In this document: positions 29,757 to 39,706 of the stretch, in pieces | How positions within the stretch are numbered: the stretch's first letter is position 1 | How the letters are laid out: each line of letters begins with the position of its first letter | Source: an uncultured Acidobacteriota bacterium | GTDB taxonomy: Bacteria; Acidobacteriota; UBA6911 | Length of the DNA: 64,000 nucleotides | Reading direction: 5' to 3' | Assembly: GCA_963809485.1 (NCBI GenBank) | Contig: CAWEJX010000001.1 | Span: forward strand, 64,001-128,000 | The notes under the pieces: generated by a model | The model's database searches: none | What the model was told of the DNA's origin: nothing | Seen by the model: only the letters and a program-made list of their open reading frames with translations | Position numbers and translations under genes: made by a program

Positions 29757-30917
29757 TCATGTGCCGGCATGATCCGCCCGGATCTTCCGGCCCTCTGCCA
29801 GAGCAAGGTCGATTTCATCGATTACCGGCGGCTCGGGTTCTCTTTTGCGGGCCGATTGCAGGCATAGAAATGCCCGTTGCGAGGCCACTTTTCCCAGTGC
29901 CCAGGCTGCGTGCATTCTCACCAGCGGGCTTGTGTCTTCCCTGAGGGCTTCATCCAGCGCAGGGACAGCCTCCTCGCTCCCGGAATTGCCGAGAGCGACC
30001 GCGACGTTTCTGACGAACCCGTCGCGGGTAGCCCTAACGATCGGACTGCCTATGAACCGCTCTCTGAACTCACCGGACGAAATGCGGAGCAGCGGGATGA
30101 GATCCGGCATGTGATTTCCGGTCCGGGGATTGAATCCGGTTTCAGTCGTGCTTACAGCGAAACGGTTCCATGGGCAGGCTTCCTGGCAATCGTCGCAGCC
30201 ATAGATTCGATTCCTGATCCGTGTACGCAGGAGGCGCGGAATGGGCCCACGGTGCTCGATAGTCAGGTAAGAAACGCACAGCCGGGCATCCAGGACATAG
30301 GGGACGACAATAGCGCCGGTGGGGCACGCCTTGATGCAGCGGTTGCACTGTCCGCAGAAATCCTTTTCCCGGGAATCGGGCTCCAGAACGGTGTCCAGGA
30401 GGATTACGCCGAGGAAAAACCACGACCCGTGGTCCCGCGTTATCAAATTTGTGTTCTTCCCCATCCAGCCCAGGCATGTCGCGCCGCCCCAAAGCTTTTC
30501 CATGACAGGACCGGTATCGACATAGCACCGACCCTGGATGGAGGGTTCCTGGCATTGGATGAAATGCAGCAATTCCTTCAGACGGAAACGCAGGGCGTCG
30601 TGGTAATCATCACCCCAGGCATAGCGGCTGATCATTCCTTTCAGCGGATCCTTCCCGTTCGACATCATGGTGTAGTAGTTCAGGGCAAGCACCACGATGG
30701 ATCGCGCATTGGGGAGTATCAGGGCGGGATTGAGGCGCCTGGAAGCCTGGCGCTCGAGATAGTGCATGTCCCCGTGCATTCCTTTGCTCAACCATTCGCT
30801 GAAATGCTCGCAATAGGGGAGAGTGCCAACAGGTGTAATCCCTGCCTTCATAAATCCGAGCCGCCGGGCTTCCTGGCGTATCTTGTCAGTCAAATCTGCG
30901 CATTGGACGGAAGCCAT
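29757..30917 (-). CDS. queG: Epoxyqueuosine reductase
   Basis: SRYAWGDDYH, VDTGPVMEK, CGQCNRCIKACPTGA, YGCDDCQEACPWN, HEAT-like tail. Confidence 0.95.
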   Translation of the reverse strand: MASVQCADLTDKIRQEARRLGFMKAGITPVGTLPYCEHFSEWLSKGMHGDMHYLERQASRRLNPALILPNARSIVVLALNYYTMMSNGKDPLKGMISRYAWGDDYHDALRFRLKELLHFIQCQEPSIQGRCYVDTGPVMEKLWGGATCLGWMGKNTNLITRDHGSWFFLGVILLDTVLEPDSREKDFCGQCNRCIKACPTGAIVVPYVLDARLCVSYLTIEHRGPIPRLLRTRIRNRIYGCDDCQEACPWNRFAVSTTETGFNPRTGNHMPDLIPLLRISSGEFRERFIGSPIVRATRDGFVRNVAVALGNSGSEEAVPALDEALREDTSPLVRMHAAWALGKVASQRAFLCLQSARKREPEPPVIDEIDLALAEGRKIRADHAGT

Positions 30918-30943
30918 ATAAACCGGATATCCAATCTCGAATT

Positions 30944-31936
30944 CTATTTAAACGTCTGGCAGAGAAACGGCAGGGTTTCGTCCAGATGGGCCGATACTAA
31001 TGCCCAACCGTGAGTCTCCCCTGCGCGGACCTTGAAGGTATGGGGGACCCGGGCATCGGTCAGGATCTGATCCAGGGTCTTGATGCCCTCGTCGTGATGG
31101 ATCATTGGGATATAACGGTCATTGGTTCCGTAGTCAAAGTAGATCTTGAGCCCGTCGAGTTTGCCGCTTTTGGCCAGCACGAGAGGATTGTTGGCGTCCC
31201 AGAGGTCCTGCCGAACCGGTTCCCCGAACAAAGGCCTCAGCATGCCCACAAAGAATGAATAGAAACGCGACGATTTTGCGTCCTCGGAAAGCTCCAGCGG
31301 GTTTGAGCCGGGGAAAATTATGGGCGACTGGCCCACCACGGCAGCGTACCTGTCCGGATATTTCATGGCAATCTTGAGCGCGCCGTACCCGCCCATGGAC
31401 GTCCCGGCGATGGACCGGTTTTCGCGGCCCTTTTTGGCCCGGTATTGGGTTTCCATGTGAACGATGAGCTCCTGAGCTACGAGATCTTCGTAGCGCTTGC
31501 TTCCGTCCATGTAGTTGCAATAGAAACTGTCATCGCCGCGCGGGTGTACAATGATGAATTCCGGGATTTTCCCGGAAATCATCATCTGCTCGAGCGTATT
31601 CTGAATGCTGCCGTAGCGCTCGACAGTCCAGCTTGTCTCATCGTTGTTCAGCCCGTGCAGGAAATAGACGACGGGATATGTCTGCGAAGGCTTTTTTGAG
31701 AAAGAGGGGGGCAGGAAGACGCTGTAGCGCGCCGGAATTCCCAGGCATTTTGAATCGAAGGACTTGAACTCTATGACGGCCCCGCCCGGCAGCGATATGG
31801 CGCTCAGGTCTCCCCGCCGGCGTTCGTCATTGAACTGCGAAAGCAGGGGCTGAATCAGCCATAATGAAACAGCCGCGCAAACGGCTGCAAGGAAAAGCGC
31901 GTACCGTGAGTATGTCGCATCGGTCGAACGAAACAT
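30944..31936 (-). CDS. Putative esterase (alpha/beta hydrolase) with N-terminal anchor
   Basis: YPVVYFLHG, GTSMGGYGA nucleophile elbow, HGW. Confidence 0.85.
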   Translation of the reverse strand: MFRSTDATYSRYALFLAAVCAAVSLWLIQPLLSQFNDERRRGDLSAISLPGGAVIEFKSFDSKCLGIPARYSVFLPPSFSKKPSQTYPVVYFLHGLNNDETSWTVERYGSIQNTLEQMMISGKIPEFIIVHPRGDDSFYCNYMDGSKRYEDLVAQELIVHMETQYRAKKGRENRSIAGTSMGGYGALKIAMKYPDRYAAVVGQSPIIFPGSNPLELSEDAKSSRFYSFFVGMLRPLFGEPVRQDLWDANNPLVLAKSGKLDGLKIYFDYGTNDRYIPMIHHDEGIKTLDQILTDARVPHTFKVRAGETHGWALVSAHLDETLPFLCQTFK

Positions 31937-31981
31937 TCTATCGCTCCTCTGGAATCAGCCTGCGTGCCGGCATCCGGTCTT

Positions 31982-32312
31982 TCACTGAAGATTGTGCATG
32001 ATTGCGCGGCACATTTCATCCGTGGTGGCCTGGCCTCCCAGGTCCCCTGTAACCGCCAGCCCCTCGCGCACCACTTTTCGCATGGCCTGATCGATATTCC
32101 GGGCCAAATCATTGAGTTTCAGATATTCGAGCATAAGTATGGCCGATCGCGGAAGCGCGATTGGATTTGCTATCCCCTTCCCTGCGATATCGGGCGCGGT
32201 TCCATGAACAGCCTCGAAAATCGCGCAGTCCTTGCCATAGCTCACGCCGGTCACCAGGCCCGATTCCGTCGCCCGGAATCAGAGTTATGATTTGTCCTGG
32301 TTCGTAATTCAT
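31982..32312 (-). pseudogene. Isocitrate/isopropylmalate dehydrogenase, large internal deletion
   Basis: N-terminal ITLIPGDGIGP joined out of frame to C-terminal GLVTGVSYG..FEAVHGTAPDIAGKGIANP..TGDLGG. Confidence 0.85.
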
Positions 32313-32620
32313 TGTTCTATCTCCGTATCTATTTCTATGCGGATTTTGCCGTTCGGATTATCCATCTTCAGGTGACGGATCATGCCCCGAAGCGTATCCA
32401 GGACAATAATGCGGGAAAAACCCTGGCTCATATTCAGGGGCACAGGAGTATTGTTGACCCATATCTGCACGGATTCTCCCTCGATCTCATATTTCAGAGT
32501 TTTTATGGGCAGGGGTATTTTGAGCGAAGACGCCGCTGCCAGACAAACATTGCCGACAAATTTGCCGATAAAGGATGTCAGCGGCGCCTCGATCTCATTG
32601 CTATACATTTGAATTCGCAT
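32309..32620 (-). CDS. Hypothetical protein with two tandem MobB-C-terminal-like repeats
   Basis: VQIWVNNTPVPLN..F..IIVLDTLRGMIRHLK and a similar first half; ATGA overlap with the downstream gene. Confidence 0.55.
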   Translation of the reverse strand: MRIQMYSNEIEAPLTSFIGKFVGNVCLAAASSLKIPLPIKTLKYEIEGESVQIWVNNTPVPLNMSQGFSRIIVLDTLRGMIRHLKMDNPNGKIRIEIDTEIEQ

Positions 32621-32783
32621 AGTCCGAGATTCTATCACAGCCCCGCAAAAATCCCGCACCCGCCGCAAACCATGGCGGCGCAAGCATGATGCCGGATTCG
32701 CAAATTGCGGTTCCTCATGATCTTTGATAACATCTGCCATTCCCGATAACATTCAAGGGCAATCCAGGGAAAGGCACGAGATC

Positions 32784-33755
32784 ATGGAAAAGATGGTCGT
32801 CACCGGAGGCGCAGGATTTATAGGATCCAATCTTTCCGAGCATCTTGTAAAGCAGGGTTATGCGGTTACCGTGATAGACAACCTGAGCACGGGCAGGACG
32901 CAGAACCTGTCGGGCTGGTCCGAGCAAGCGGGGAAGAAGTTCAAATTTCTTCAGCTGGATATCAACAAAACCGATCGGTTGCGCAAAGCCTTCCGCGGCG
33001 CTTCCTATGTATTTCACCTGGCTGCCATTCCCTCCGTCGCGCGCTCTATCGCCGATCCGGCCGCTACGCAATCGGCAAATATCAATGGAACGCTGTCGGT
33101 GCTGATCGCGGCGCGCGATGCCGGGGTCAAGAGAGTGATTGCAGCATCCTCCTCCTCGATTTATGGGGACGATCCGAACCTGCCGAAAAGGGAGGATCGT
33201 ACAGGGCGGTCTCTCTCGCCTTACGCGTTGAGCAAGTCTGTAACTGAAAATTACTGCAGGCTTTTTTGCCAGCTCTACGGGCTCGAAACGGTTTGCCTGA
33301 GATACTTTAATGTTTTCGGACCGCGGCAGGATCCGAAATCCGAATATGCGGCGGTGATTCCCCGTTTCTGCACCCGTTTGCTGGCCGGCATGCCTCCAAT
33401 CGTATATGGAGACGGCGAGCAAAGCAGGGATTTCACCTTTGTGACCAATGTTGTCCAGGCAAACTGGAATGCAGCCACCAGTCCCGGGGTTGCCGGTGAA
33501 GCCTATAACATCGGGTGCGGCACCCAAACCAGCCTGAACCGCCTGATTGAAATGCTAAAGGCCATCCTCGGAAGCGCGGTCCAGCCGGTTTACGAAGAAG
33601 CCCGCAAGGGGGATGTTCGGCATTCCGTGGCGGATATAAGCAAGGCGTCCCGTATGCTGGGGTATTCTCCGGCAGTCTCGCTCGAGACAGGACTCGAGCG
33701 CGTGCTGGAATGGTACCGTAGCGGATTGGAAGCGGCAGCGGCTGGTCCCAAATAG
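32784..33755 (+). CDS. NAD-dependent nucleotide-sugar epimerase (WbpP-like)
   Basis: VTGGAGFIGS, YALSK, LRYFNVFGPRQDP, GDGEQSRDF. Confidence 0.93.
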   Translation: MEKMVVTGGAGFIGSNLSEHLVKQGYAVTVIDNLSTGRTQNLSGWSEQAGKKFKFLQLDINKTDRLRKAFRGASYVFHLAAIPSVARSIADPAATQSANINGTLSVLIAARDAGVKRVIAASSSSIYGDDPNLPKREDRTGRSLSPYALSKSVTENYCRLFCQLYGLETVCLRYFNVFGPRQDPKSEYAAVIPRFCTRLLAGMPPIVYGDGEQSRDFTFVTNVVQANWNAATSPGVAGEAYNIGCGTQTSLNRLIEMLKAILGSAVQPVYEEARKGDVRHSVADISKASRMLGYSPAVSLETGLERVLEWYRSGLEAAAAGPK

Positions 33756-33863
33756 GGTGCGGGAACTGTCACTGGAAAAAAACGCGATCCTCGATTCAAC
33801 CGGTGGATTGCCCAAAAGCTTCCGTACATTCAGTCGGAGATTTTAATCCAAACGCACAAGAAA

Positions 33864-34973
33864 ATGCTCTCGTTTCTTTTTGTGGATACGGAACGAGTCT
33901 GGAGAGGGGGGCAGGATCAGCTTCTCGCTCTTTTAAAGGGGCTGTGTGGGCGCGGTCACGCCGTGCACCTTGTATGCCAGCCCGGCACGCTACTGGAAAC
34001 CCGTGCCCGCGAATATGGCATCGTCGTGCACCCGGTTGCGATCCGGAGCGAAGCGGGGCCGATAGCATTTCTGCGCCTGTTGGCGGTTCTTCTTAAGGTC
34101 CGCCCTGAGATCCTCGCGTTTAACACACCGAGAGCCATTCTGTGCGGGACCCTGGCTTCGCGCTTCGCCTCAGTGGGCGCAAGGATTATTTTTCGCCGGG
34201 TCAATTTTCCGTTGCGGAGGAATTATTTCACTCTGCTTAAATACACCTGGGGAATCGACTGCATCGTGGCCATCTCGGAATCGATCCGGCTGCAGCTGCA
34301 GGTCTGCGGGATCCCGGCCTCCAGAATCAGAACGATTTACGAAGGGATGGATCTGTCGCACTATCCGGTGCATGTCCCCCTCAAGGCGCGCCGCTCCGAT
34401 GAGCTGGCCGTAATCGGCACAGTGGCACATCTGAGCCGTGAGAAGGGCCTCAACTATCTCATTGAGGCCGCTTCCGTGATTCCGGATGTTCAAAAGCGGA
34501 TGCGTTTCGTCATAGTCGGAAACGGGAATTGCCGGCAGGAGCTTGAGAAGCTTGTTCACGAAAAAGGTCTGACCGAAGTGTTTCATTTTGCCGGGTTCCA
34601 TTCCGACATTTCCTCGTTCATGAAATCCTTCGACATGTTTGCCCTTCCCAGCCTTTCCGAAGGTTTGTCCTCCGCGATTCTGGAAGCGATGTCGGCTTCG
34701 CTCCCGATCATCGCAACCAATGTCGGAGGCATTCCGGAACTCGTGACCAGCGGAGACAACGGGCTGCTCGTGCCGCCCGGAGATCCGGCAGCCCTTGCGC
34801 GAGCCATACGGCAGCTTGCAGACAATCCTCAGGAATGCCTGAGGATGGGCCGGCGAGGGAGAGCGCGCATGGAGGAACAATTCACGCTCGACCGGAAAAT
34901 TTTGGAAACGGAACAGCTTTGCGCTACCCTGCTTAAAAAGCCGGCCCGTGCACCCGGAAGCGCCTATGTCTAA
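33864..34973 (+). CDS. Glycosyltransferase family 4
   Basis: WRGGQDQ, PSLSEGLSSAILEAM, VGGIPELV. Confidence 0.9.
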   Translation: MLSFLFVDTERVWRGGQDQLLALLKGLCGRGHAVHLVCQPGTLLETRAREYGIVVHPVAIRSEAGPIAFLRLLAVLLKVRPEILAFNTPRAILCGTLASRFASVGARIIFRRVNFPLRRNYFTLLKYTWGIDCIVAISESIRLQLQVCGIPASRIRTIYEGMDLSHYPVHVPLKARRSDELAVIGTVAHLSREKGLNYLIEAASVIPDVQKRMRFVIVGNGNCRQELEKLVHEKGLTEVFHFAGFHSDISSFMKSFDMFALPSLSEGLSSAILEAMSASLPIIATNVGGIPELVTSGDNGLLVPPGDPAALARAIRQLADNPQECLRMGRRGRARMEEQFTLDRKILETEQLCATLLKKPARAPGSAYV

Positions 34974-36231
34974 TTCGCCATCAAAATTCCTGCCTCCTTC
35001 CCTGAAGAGCAAACCCGAGGCGGCGGCATTCCTCGCGCTGGCAGGCTGCGTTTCCCTGGCAATGGTTTCCATAGCTGCATCCGAAATCCTGCTGGCTGTT
35101 GCGGGTTTGGGGTATCTCTGGCTCCGCAGGCAGCAGGATGGCCCCGTGCCTCCGGGCATGAGGATTATCCTGCCGATGCTCGCTTTCATGGCATGGATGA
35201 TCATTGCAGCTCTCGCGTCACCCAATCCTGCCCTTGGATTGACTATCGCCAAGAAATTTTACCTGTACCTGCTCGTGTTTCTGGTCCCCTTCATCGCGCG
35301 CGGCGAAGGCAGGGCGATCTGGATCTGCAAAGCCCTGTTTGCATCGGCCGTTGTTGCTTCTCTCTCCGGCCTGGCCCAGTTCATTTCCGATCCGCACAGG
35401 GATCTACTGCACCGCATCTCGGGCTTCATGAGCCAGTGGATGACTTACTCCGGCCTGCTGATGCTGGCGCTCGTGATTCTTGTCGCCTACGCCCTGCGCT
35501 TCGGGTTGAAACGCCAATCATGGGTAATCCCGGCTTTCGCCTGCATCTTTCCGGCGCTTCTATTTTCACAGACCCGAAGCTCGTGGATGGGGGCGATGGC
35601 CGGTATTGCCGTTTTGATCCTGTTGTGGCGTCCCCGGGCAATTGCCGTATTGGTTTTTCTGGTGCTGGCCTTATACCTTCTGTCGCCGGATATGATCAAG
35701 GAACGTTTCCGGTCCGGCCTTGATCCCAGCGATCCGAACACCCGGAACCGCATTGAACTGTTCCAGACCTCGATGCGGGTGATCCGCGACCACCCCTGGC
35801 TTGGAGTGGGCCCCAAAAACGTAAAACATGAAGCGTTGAAATACCGCGGGCGCAATGAGTTTCCGGACTGGATGTACCAGCACATGCATAACAACATCCT
35901 CCAAATTGCCGCGGAAACCGGCATCGTCGGCCTCGCGTTGTGGCTGTGGTTCATGCTCCGGCTTGCATGGGACGCGCTGGGCACCTATCGAAGGGCACTT
36001 CGGGATGCTACTTATCCCGGAGGCGAAAGACTCCGCCGCGAAGCCGCCATGATTTCCTCGGCTGCTCTCGGTTCATGGGCGGCGCTGGTGGCGGCCGGAA
36101 TGTTTGAATACAATTTCGGAGATTCCGAAGTGCTCCTGTTGTTTCTCTTCGCAACGAGCGTTCCCTATGCTTTCGACCAATATAAAGCCGAAGCTACGGT
36201 CGCGCGGGCAGCGCCGGAATCCCGGAGCTGA
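34966..36231 (+). CDS. O-antigen ligase family protein (WaaL-like)
   Basis: Multi-TM; SQTRSSW, R..LF..S..VIRDHPWLGVG, HMHNNILQIAAETGIVG. Confidence 0.88.
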   Translation: MSNSPSKFLPPSLKSKPEAAAFLALAGCVSLAMVSIAASEILLAVAGLGYLWLRRQQDGPVPPGMRIILPMLAFMAWMIIAALASPNPALGLTIAKKFYLYLLVFLVPFIARGEGRAIWICKALFASAVVASLSGLAQFISDPHRDLLHRISGFMSQWMTYSGLLMLALVILVAYALRFGLKRQSWVIPAFACIFPALLFSQTRSSWMGAMAGIAVLILLWRPRAIAVLVFLVLALYLLSPDMIKERFRSGLDPSDPNTRNRIELFQTSMRVIRDHPWLGVGPKNVKHEALKYRGRNEFPDWMYQHMHNNILQIAAETGIVGLALWLWFMLRLAWDALGTYRRALRDATYPGGERLRREAAMISSAALGSWAALVAAGMFEYNFGDSEVLLLFLFATSVPYAFDQYKAEATVARAAPESRS

Positions 36232-36292
36232 CAGCATCGGTCGCCTGCAAAACGGACCGGCTGCCATTGCGCGGCCGGGGACAGGATTCAGA

Positions 36293-37390
36293 TTGAAGAT
36301 CGCGATTCTTGGCACCCGGGGCATTCCGGCGAATTATGGAGGCTTTGAAACCTTTGCCGAGGAGTGCGCCGCGGGACTCACAGCCCGGGGGCATGAGGTC
36401 ACCGTCTACGGCCGTTCGCGCTATGTTCCGGGAACCCTGACCCTGCATCGGGGCATTCGGCTGGTGGTGCTTCCGACGCTCGCCTGGAAATACACGGATA
36501 CTGTGGTCCATACGCTTTTCTCCGTTGTTCATGCCCTCTTCCGCAGGTTCGACGTAATTCTGATCTGTAATGCGGCCAATAGCGTCTTCACGTGGATCCC
36601 GCGGATTTTGGGAACTCCTGTTGTTCTCAATGTCGATGGCATCGAAAGACACCGGCGAAAATGGAATCGCCTGGGAAGAGCCTACTATCACCTGTGCGAG
36701 TATCTCTCCACCGTGTTCCCCAATGTCATTGTCACGGATGCGCGCGTGATAGAAAGGTATTACCGGGATGCGTACGGCGCAGCTTCGGTATTTATTCCCT
36801 ACGGCGCGTTCACTGGAAAGCCTCAGGGATGTGAAGTCCTGGAGCGGCTCGGAGTGAAAAGCGGAGAGTATTTCCTCTATGTAAGCCGGCTGGAGCCGGA
36901 GAACAACGCACACCTGGTGGTAGAAGCTTTCGAGAAAGTGAAGACATCCAAGCGCCTGGTCGTTGTGGGCGATGCTCCCTACGCTCCGGAATATATTGAG
37001 AAGGTTCGCGCGACGCAGGATCCGCGGATTCTTTTCCCGGGCGCCCTCTATGGACAGTCCTATTGGCAACTGCAGGCAAACGCCTTCTGTTACATCCATG
37101 CCACCGAGGTGGGAGGAACGCATCCGGCTCTCATCGAGGCTATGGGACAGGGAAACATCATCGTGGCAAACAGCACGCCCGAAAATATCGAGGTGCTGGA
37201 TTCCGCCGGCCTCACGTATCGGAAAAACGATGGGGACGATTTGTCCCGATGCCTGCAGGAAATCGACGACAATCCCGCGAGGTTCGTCGGGCTTAAAGCG
37301 GCAGCACTGGAGCGCGCCCGCGCCTTTTACTCATGGGAGAGCGTGATCGATCAGTATGAAAAGCTTTTCCATAGACTGACCTCAGCCTGA
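36293..37390 (+). CDS. Glycosyltransferase family 4 (DUF1972-type)
   Basis: KIAILGTRGIPANYGGFETF, NVDGIE, RLEPENN, VGGTHPALIEAM. Confidence 0.9.
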   Translation: MKIAILGTRGIPANYGGFETFAEECAAGLTARGHEVTVYGRSRYVPGTLTLHRGIRLVVLPTLAWKYTDTVVHTLFSVVHALFRRFDVILICNAANSVFTWIPRILGTPVVLNVDGIERHRRKWNRLGRAYYHLCEYLSTVFPNVIVTDARVIERYYRDAYGAASVFIPYGAFTGKPQGCEVLERLGVKSGEYFLYVSRLEPENNAHLVVEAFEKVKTSKRLVVVGDAPYAPEYIEKVRATQDPRILFPGALYGQSYWQLQANAFCYIHATEVGGTHPALIEAMGQGNIIVANSTPENIEVLDSAGLTYRKNDGDDLSRCLQEIDDNPARFVGLKAAALERARAFYSWESVIDQYEKLFHRLTSA

Positions 37391-37515
37391 ATGCCGTTCT
37401 TCAGCGTTTTTACAGCGTTCGTCGGCGTTATCCATTAATAAAACCGGATAACCCTGTGAGTCAGCAGCCCAAGCCGGGCTTTTGAGCCAAGCAGGAAGCA
37501 TCCGACTCAATAGTT

Positions 37516-37524
37516 TGCTATAAT
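37516..37524 (+). promoter_or_regulatory. Extended -10 promoter element upstream of wzm
   Basis: TGCTATAAT (TGn-TATAAT) in the intergenic gap. Confidence 0.5.
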
Positions 37525-37574
37525 GCGCGCCTTGCCTGAGGAGTGGAATGCAAAAAAGGTCGAGAGTCCCTCCC

Positions 37575-38390
37575 ATGTTGGCGCCATGGGTCATCCTTTC
37601 CAATTTCCTGCGCAAGATCTACATCCAGCGCAGCCTGATTCACAATTTCGTCGTGCGCGATTTGAGGGCCCGCTATATCGGATCTTTTATGGGATTTTTC
37701 TGGAGCGTGATCCATCCGATCGTGCTCCTGGTCAGTTATACCTTTGTCTTTTCCGTAATATTCGGGGTCCGGCCAAGGCCCGATGCCGGCACGACCAGCT
37801 TCCCGCTCTTCCTTTTCTGCAGCATTCTTCCCTGGCTTTTTTTCCAGGATACTCTCCAGCGTTCAAGCACCGTTATCATTGAAAACGCCAATTTGGTGAC
37901 CAAAACCCTGTTTCCCAGTGAAATTCTGCCTCTCTCTGTAATGCTGGCGGGCGTCGTCAATCACCTGATCGGGTTTGCCATACTCCTCTGCATCCTGCTC
38001 TTCACCCTGGGCAAGATAAGCGTTTTCATCCTCCTGATACCGGTCTACTTTGTCCTCCTGATGCTTTTTACGCTGGGACTGTCGTGGTTCGTTGCCGGCC
38101 TGAATGTGTTCGTGCGCGATGTGTCCCAGATACTCAGCGTGGTTCTGACATTCTGGTTCTGGTTCACGCCGATCTTCTATTCGACCGACCGGTTCCCTGC
38201 CGGAATGCGCTTCCTGGTCGATTGGAATCCCCTGGCTCAGGTCGTTGCCGGTTACCGGGATTGTCTGCTGCGCATGAGTATGCCCGACATGGGCATACTG
38301 GCCATCCTGGGCGTAGCGTCTCTGCTTGTGTTTGCAGCCGGCGGCATATTTTTCCGGGTGATAAAACGCGAATTCGTGGATGTTCTCTGA
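37575..38390 (+). CDS. wzm: Polysaccharide ABC transporter permease
   Basis: RDLRARYIGSFMGFFW, RDV.Q, W.TPIFY, NPL; six TM helices. Confidence 0.92.
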   Translation: MLAPWVILSNFLRKIYIQRSLIHNFVVRDLRARYIGSFMGFFWSVIHPIVLLVSYTFVFSVIFGVRPRPDAGTTSFPLFLFCSILPWLFFQDTLQRSSTVIIENANLVTKTLFPSEILPLSVMLAGVVNHLIGFAILLCILLFTLGKISVFILLIPVYFVLLMLFTLGLSWFVAGLNVFVRDVSQILSVVLTFWFWFTPIFYSTDRFPAGMRFLVDWNPLAQVVAGYRDCLLRMSMPDMGILAILGVASLLVFAAGGIFFRVIKREFVDVL

Positions 38391-39703
38391 TGCGTGCCAT
38401 TCAAGTCCAGAACCTGTCGAAGAGATATCGGATTTACCGCAGCCCCTGGGACAAGCTGCGCGAGGCTACAGGTTTTGGATCGGGCAAACTTCACCGGGAA
38501 TTTTGGGCTTTGAAAGACATTTCCTTCAGTCTGGACTCCGGCCGGACACTGGGAATAATCGGCCAGAACGGATCAGGGAAAAGCACTCTGCTGCAGATCC
38601 TGGCAGGGATCATGCTCCAGACCGGCGGAGATTGTTTTGTTTCGGGCAAGGTCTCGGCCCTGCTCGAACTCGGATCAGGATTCAATCCGGAGTTTACGGG
38701 GCGCGAGAACGTCTTTATGAACGGGGCGATCCTGGGCCTCGACACGCGCCAGATGGAAAAGCGTTTCGACGACATCGCGGCATTCGCGGAGATCGGCAAC
38801 TTCATGGACCAGCCCGTGAAGACGTACTCCAGCGGGATGTTCATGCGCCTGGCATTTGCCGTAGCCGTAAACGTGGATCCCGATATCCTGCTCGTGGACG
38901 AGGCGCTTGCGGTCGGGGATCTGATTTTTCAGCACCGGTGCATGCACCGGATGAATCATCTGCGGGACGGCGGGAAGACTATTGTCCTTGTCACTCACGA
39001 TCTGGATGCCGTCACGAAGTTTTGCGACCAGGCTCTTCTTCTGGACGGCGGCCGGATTCTTGAAAACGGCAAACCGGAACTCGTCGTTCAGAGGTACCGC
39101 GCCCTCATCTTCGAACGGGAGCGTGGCCGGATCGATTTCAGCCGAACCAATGAATCGCCGGACAACTCCGGCCTGTTCACGCCGGCGGACAAAATGCCCA
39201 TCGCGCGGTCCATACCGAACATCGATCACCGTTTCGGGAGCAAGGAAGCCTCAATCCTTGGGGTGGAGTTGCTGGACGAACAAGGGAACCCGGTTGCGGA
39301 GGCATTCACAGGACAAAATATTACCATACGCATCTCCGCGCAGTTCCACTGCGAGATTGATCAGCCCATTCTCGGGTATACGCTCCGGAACAGGCTGGGC
39401 ATTGAAATCTCTGCCAGCAACACTACTTTCGCAGGTTACCCCTTGCCCCGGGCGCAAAAGGACCAGATCTGCACCAGCGATTTTTCCGTCCGGCTGCCTG
39501 CCCTTGCCGTGGGGAGTTACACAATATCCCCCGCCGTGGCCAAAGGGAGCCTGCTGCACCATGACATGTGCGACTGGATCGACAACGCCCTGGTTTTCAC
39601 CATCCGCTCGCAGGATCTGATTTACGGCGTGCTGCGCATGGACGCGGATGTACGGAGCTACATTTCCTGCGAGGAAAAGGAAAATGCAGGATCTCGAGGA
39701 TAA
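38390..39703 (+). CDS. wzt: Polysaccharide ABC transporter ATPase with Wzt-C domain
   Basis: GQNGSGKST, YSSGMFMRLAF, DEALAVGD; ~180-aa C-terminal extension; TGATG overlap. Confidence 0.93.
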   Translation: MRAIQVQNLSKRYRIYRSPWDKLREATGFGSGKLHREFWALKDISFSLDSGRTLGIIGQNGSGKSTLLQILAGIMLQTGGDCFVSGKVSALLELGSGFNPEFTGRENVFMNGAILGLDTRQMEKRFDDIAAFAEIGNFMDQPVKTYSSGMFMRLAFAVAVNVDPDILLVDEALAVGDLIFQHRCMHRMNHLRDGGKTIVLVTHDLDAVTKFCDQALLLDGGRILENGKPELVVQRYRALIFERERGRIDFSRTNESPDNSGLFTPADKMPIARSIPNIDHRFGSKEASILGVELLDEQGNPVAEAFTGQNITIRISAQFHCEIDQPILGYTLRNRLGIEISASNTTFAGYPLPRAQKDQICTSDFSVRLPALAVGSYTISPAVAKGSLLHHDMCDWIDNALVFTIRSQDLIYGVLRMDADVRSYISCEEKENAGSRG

Positions 39704-39706
39704 GCC

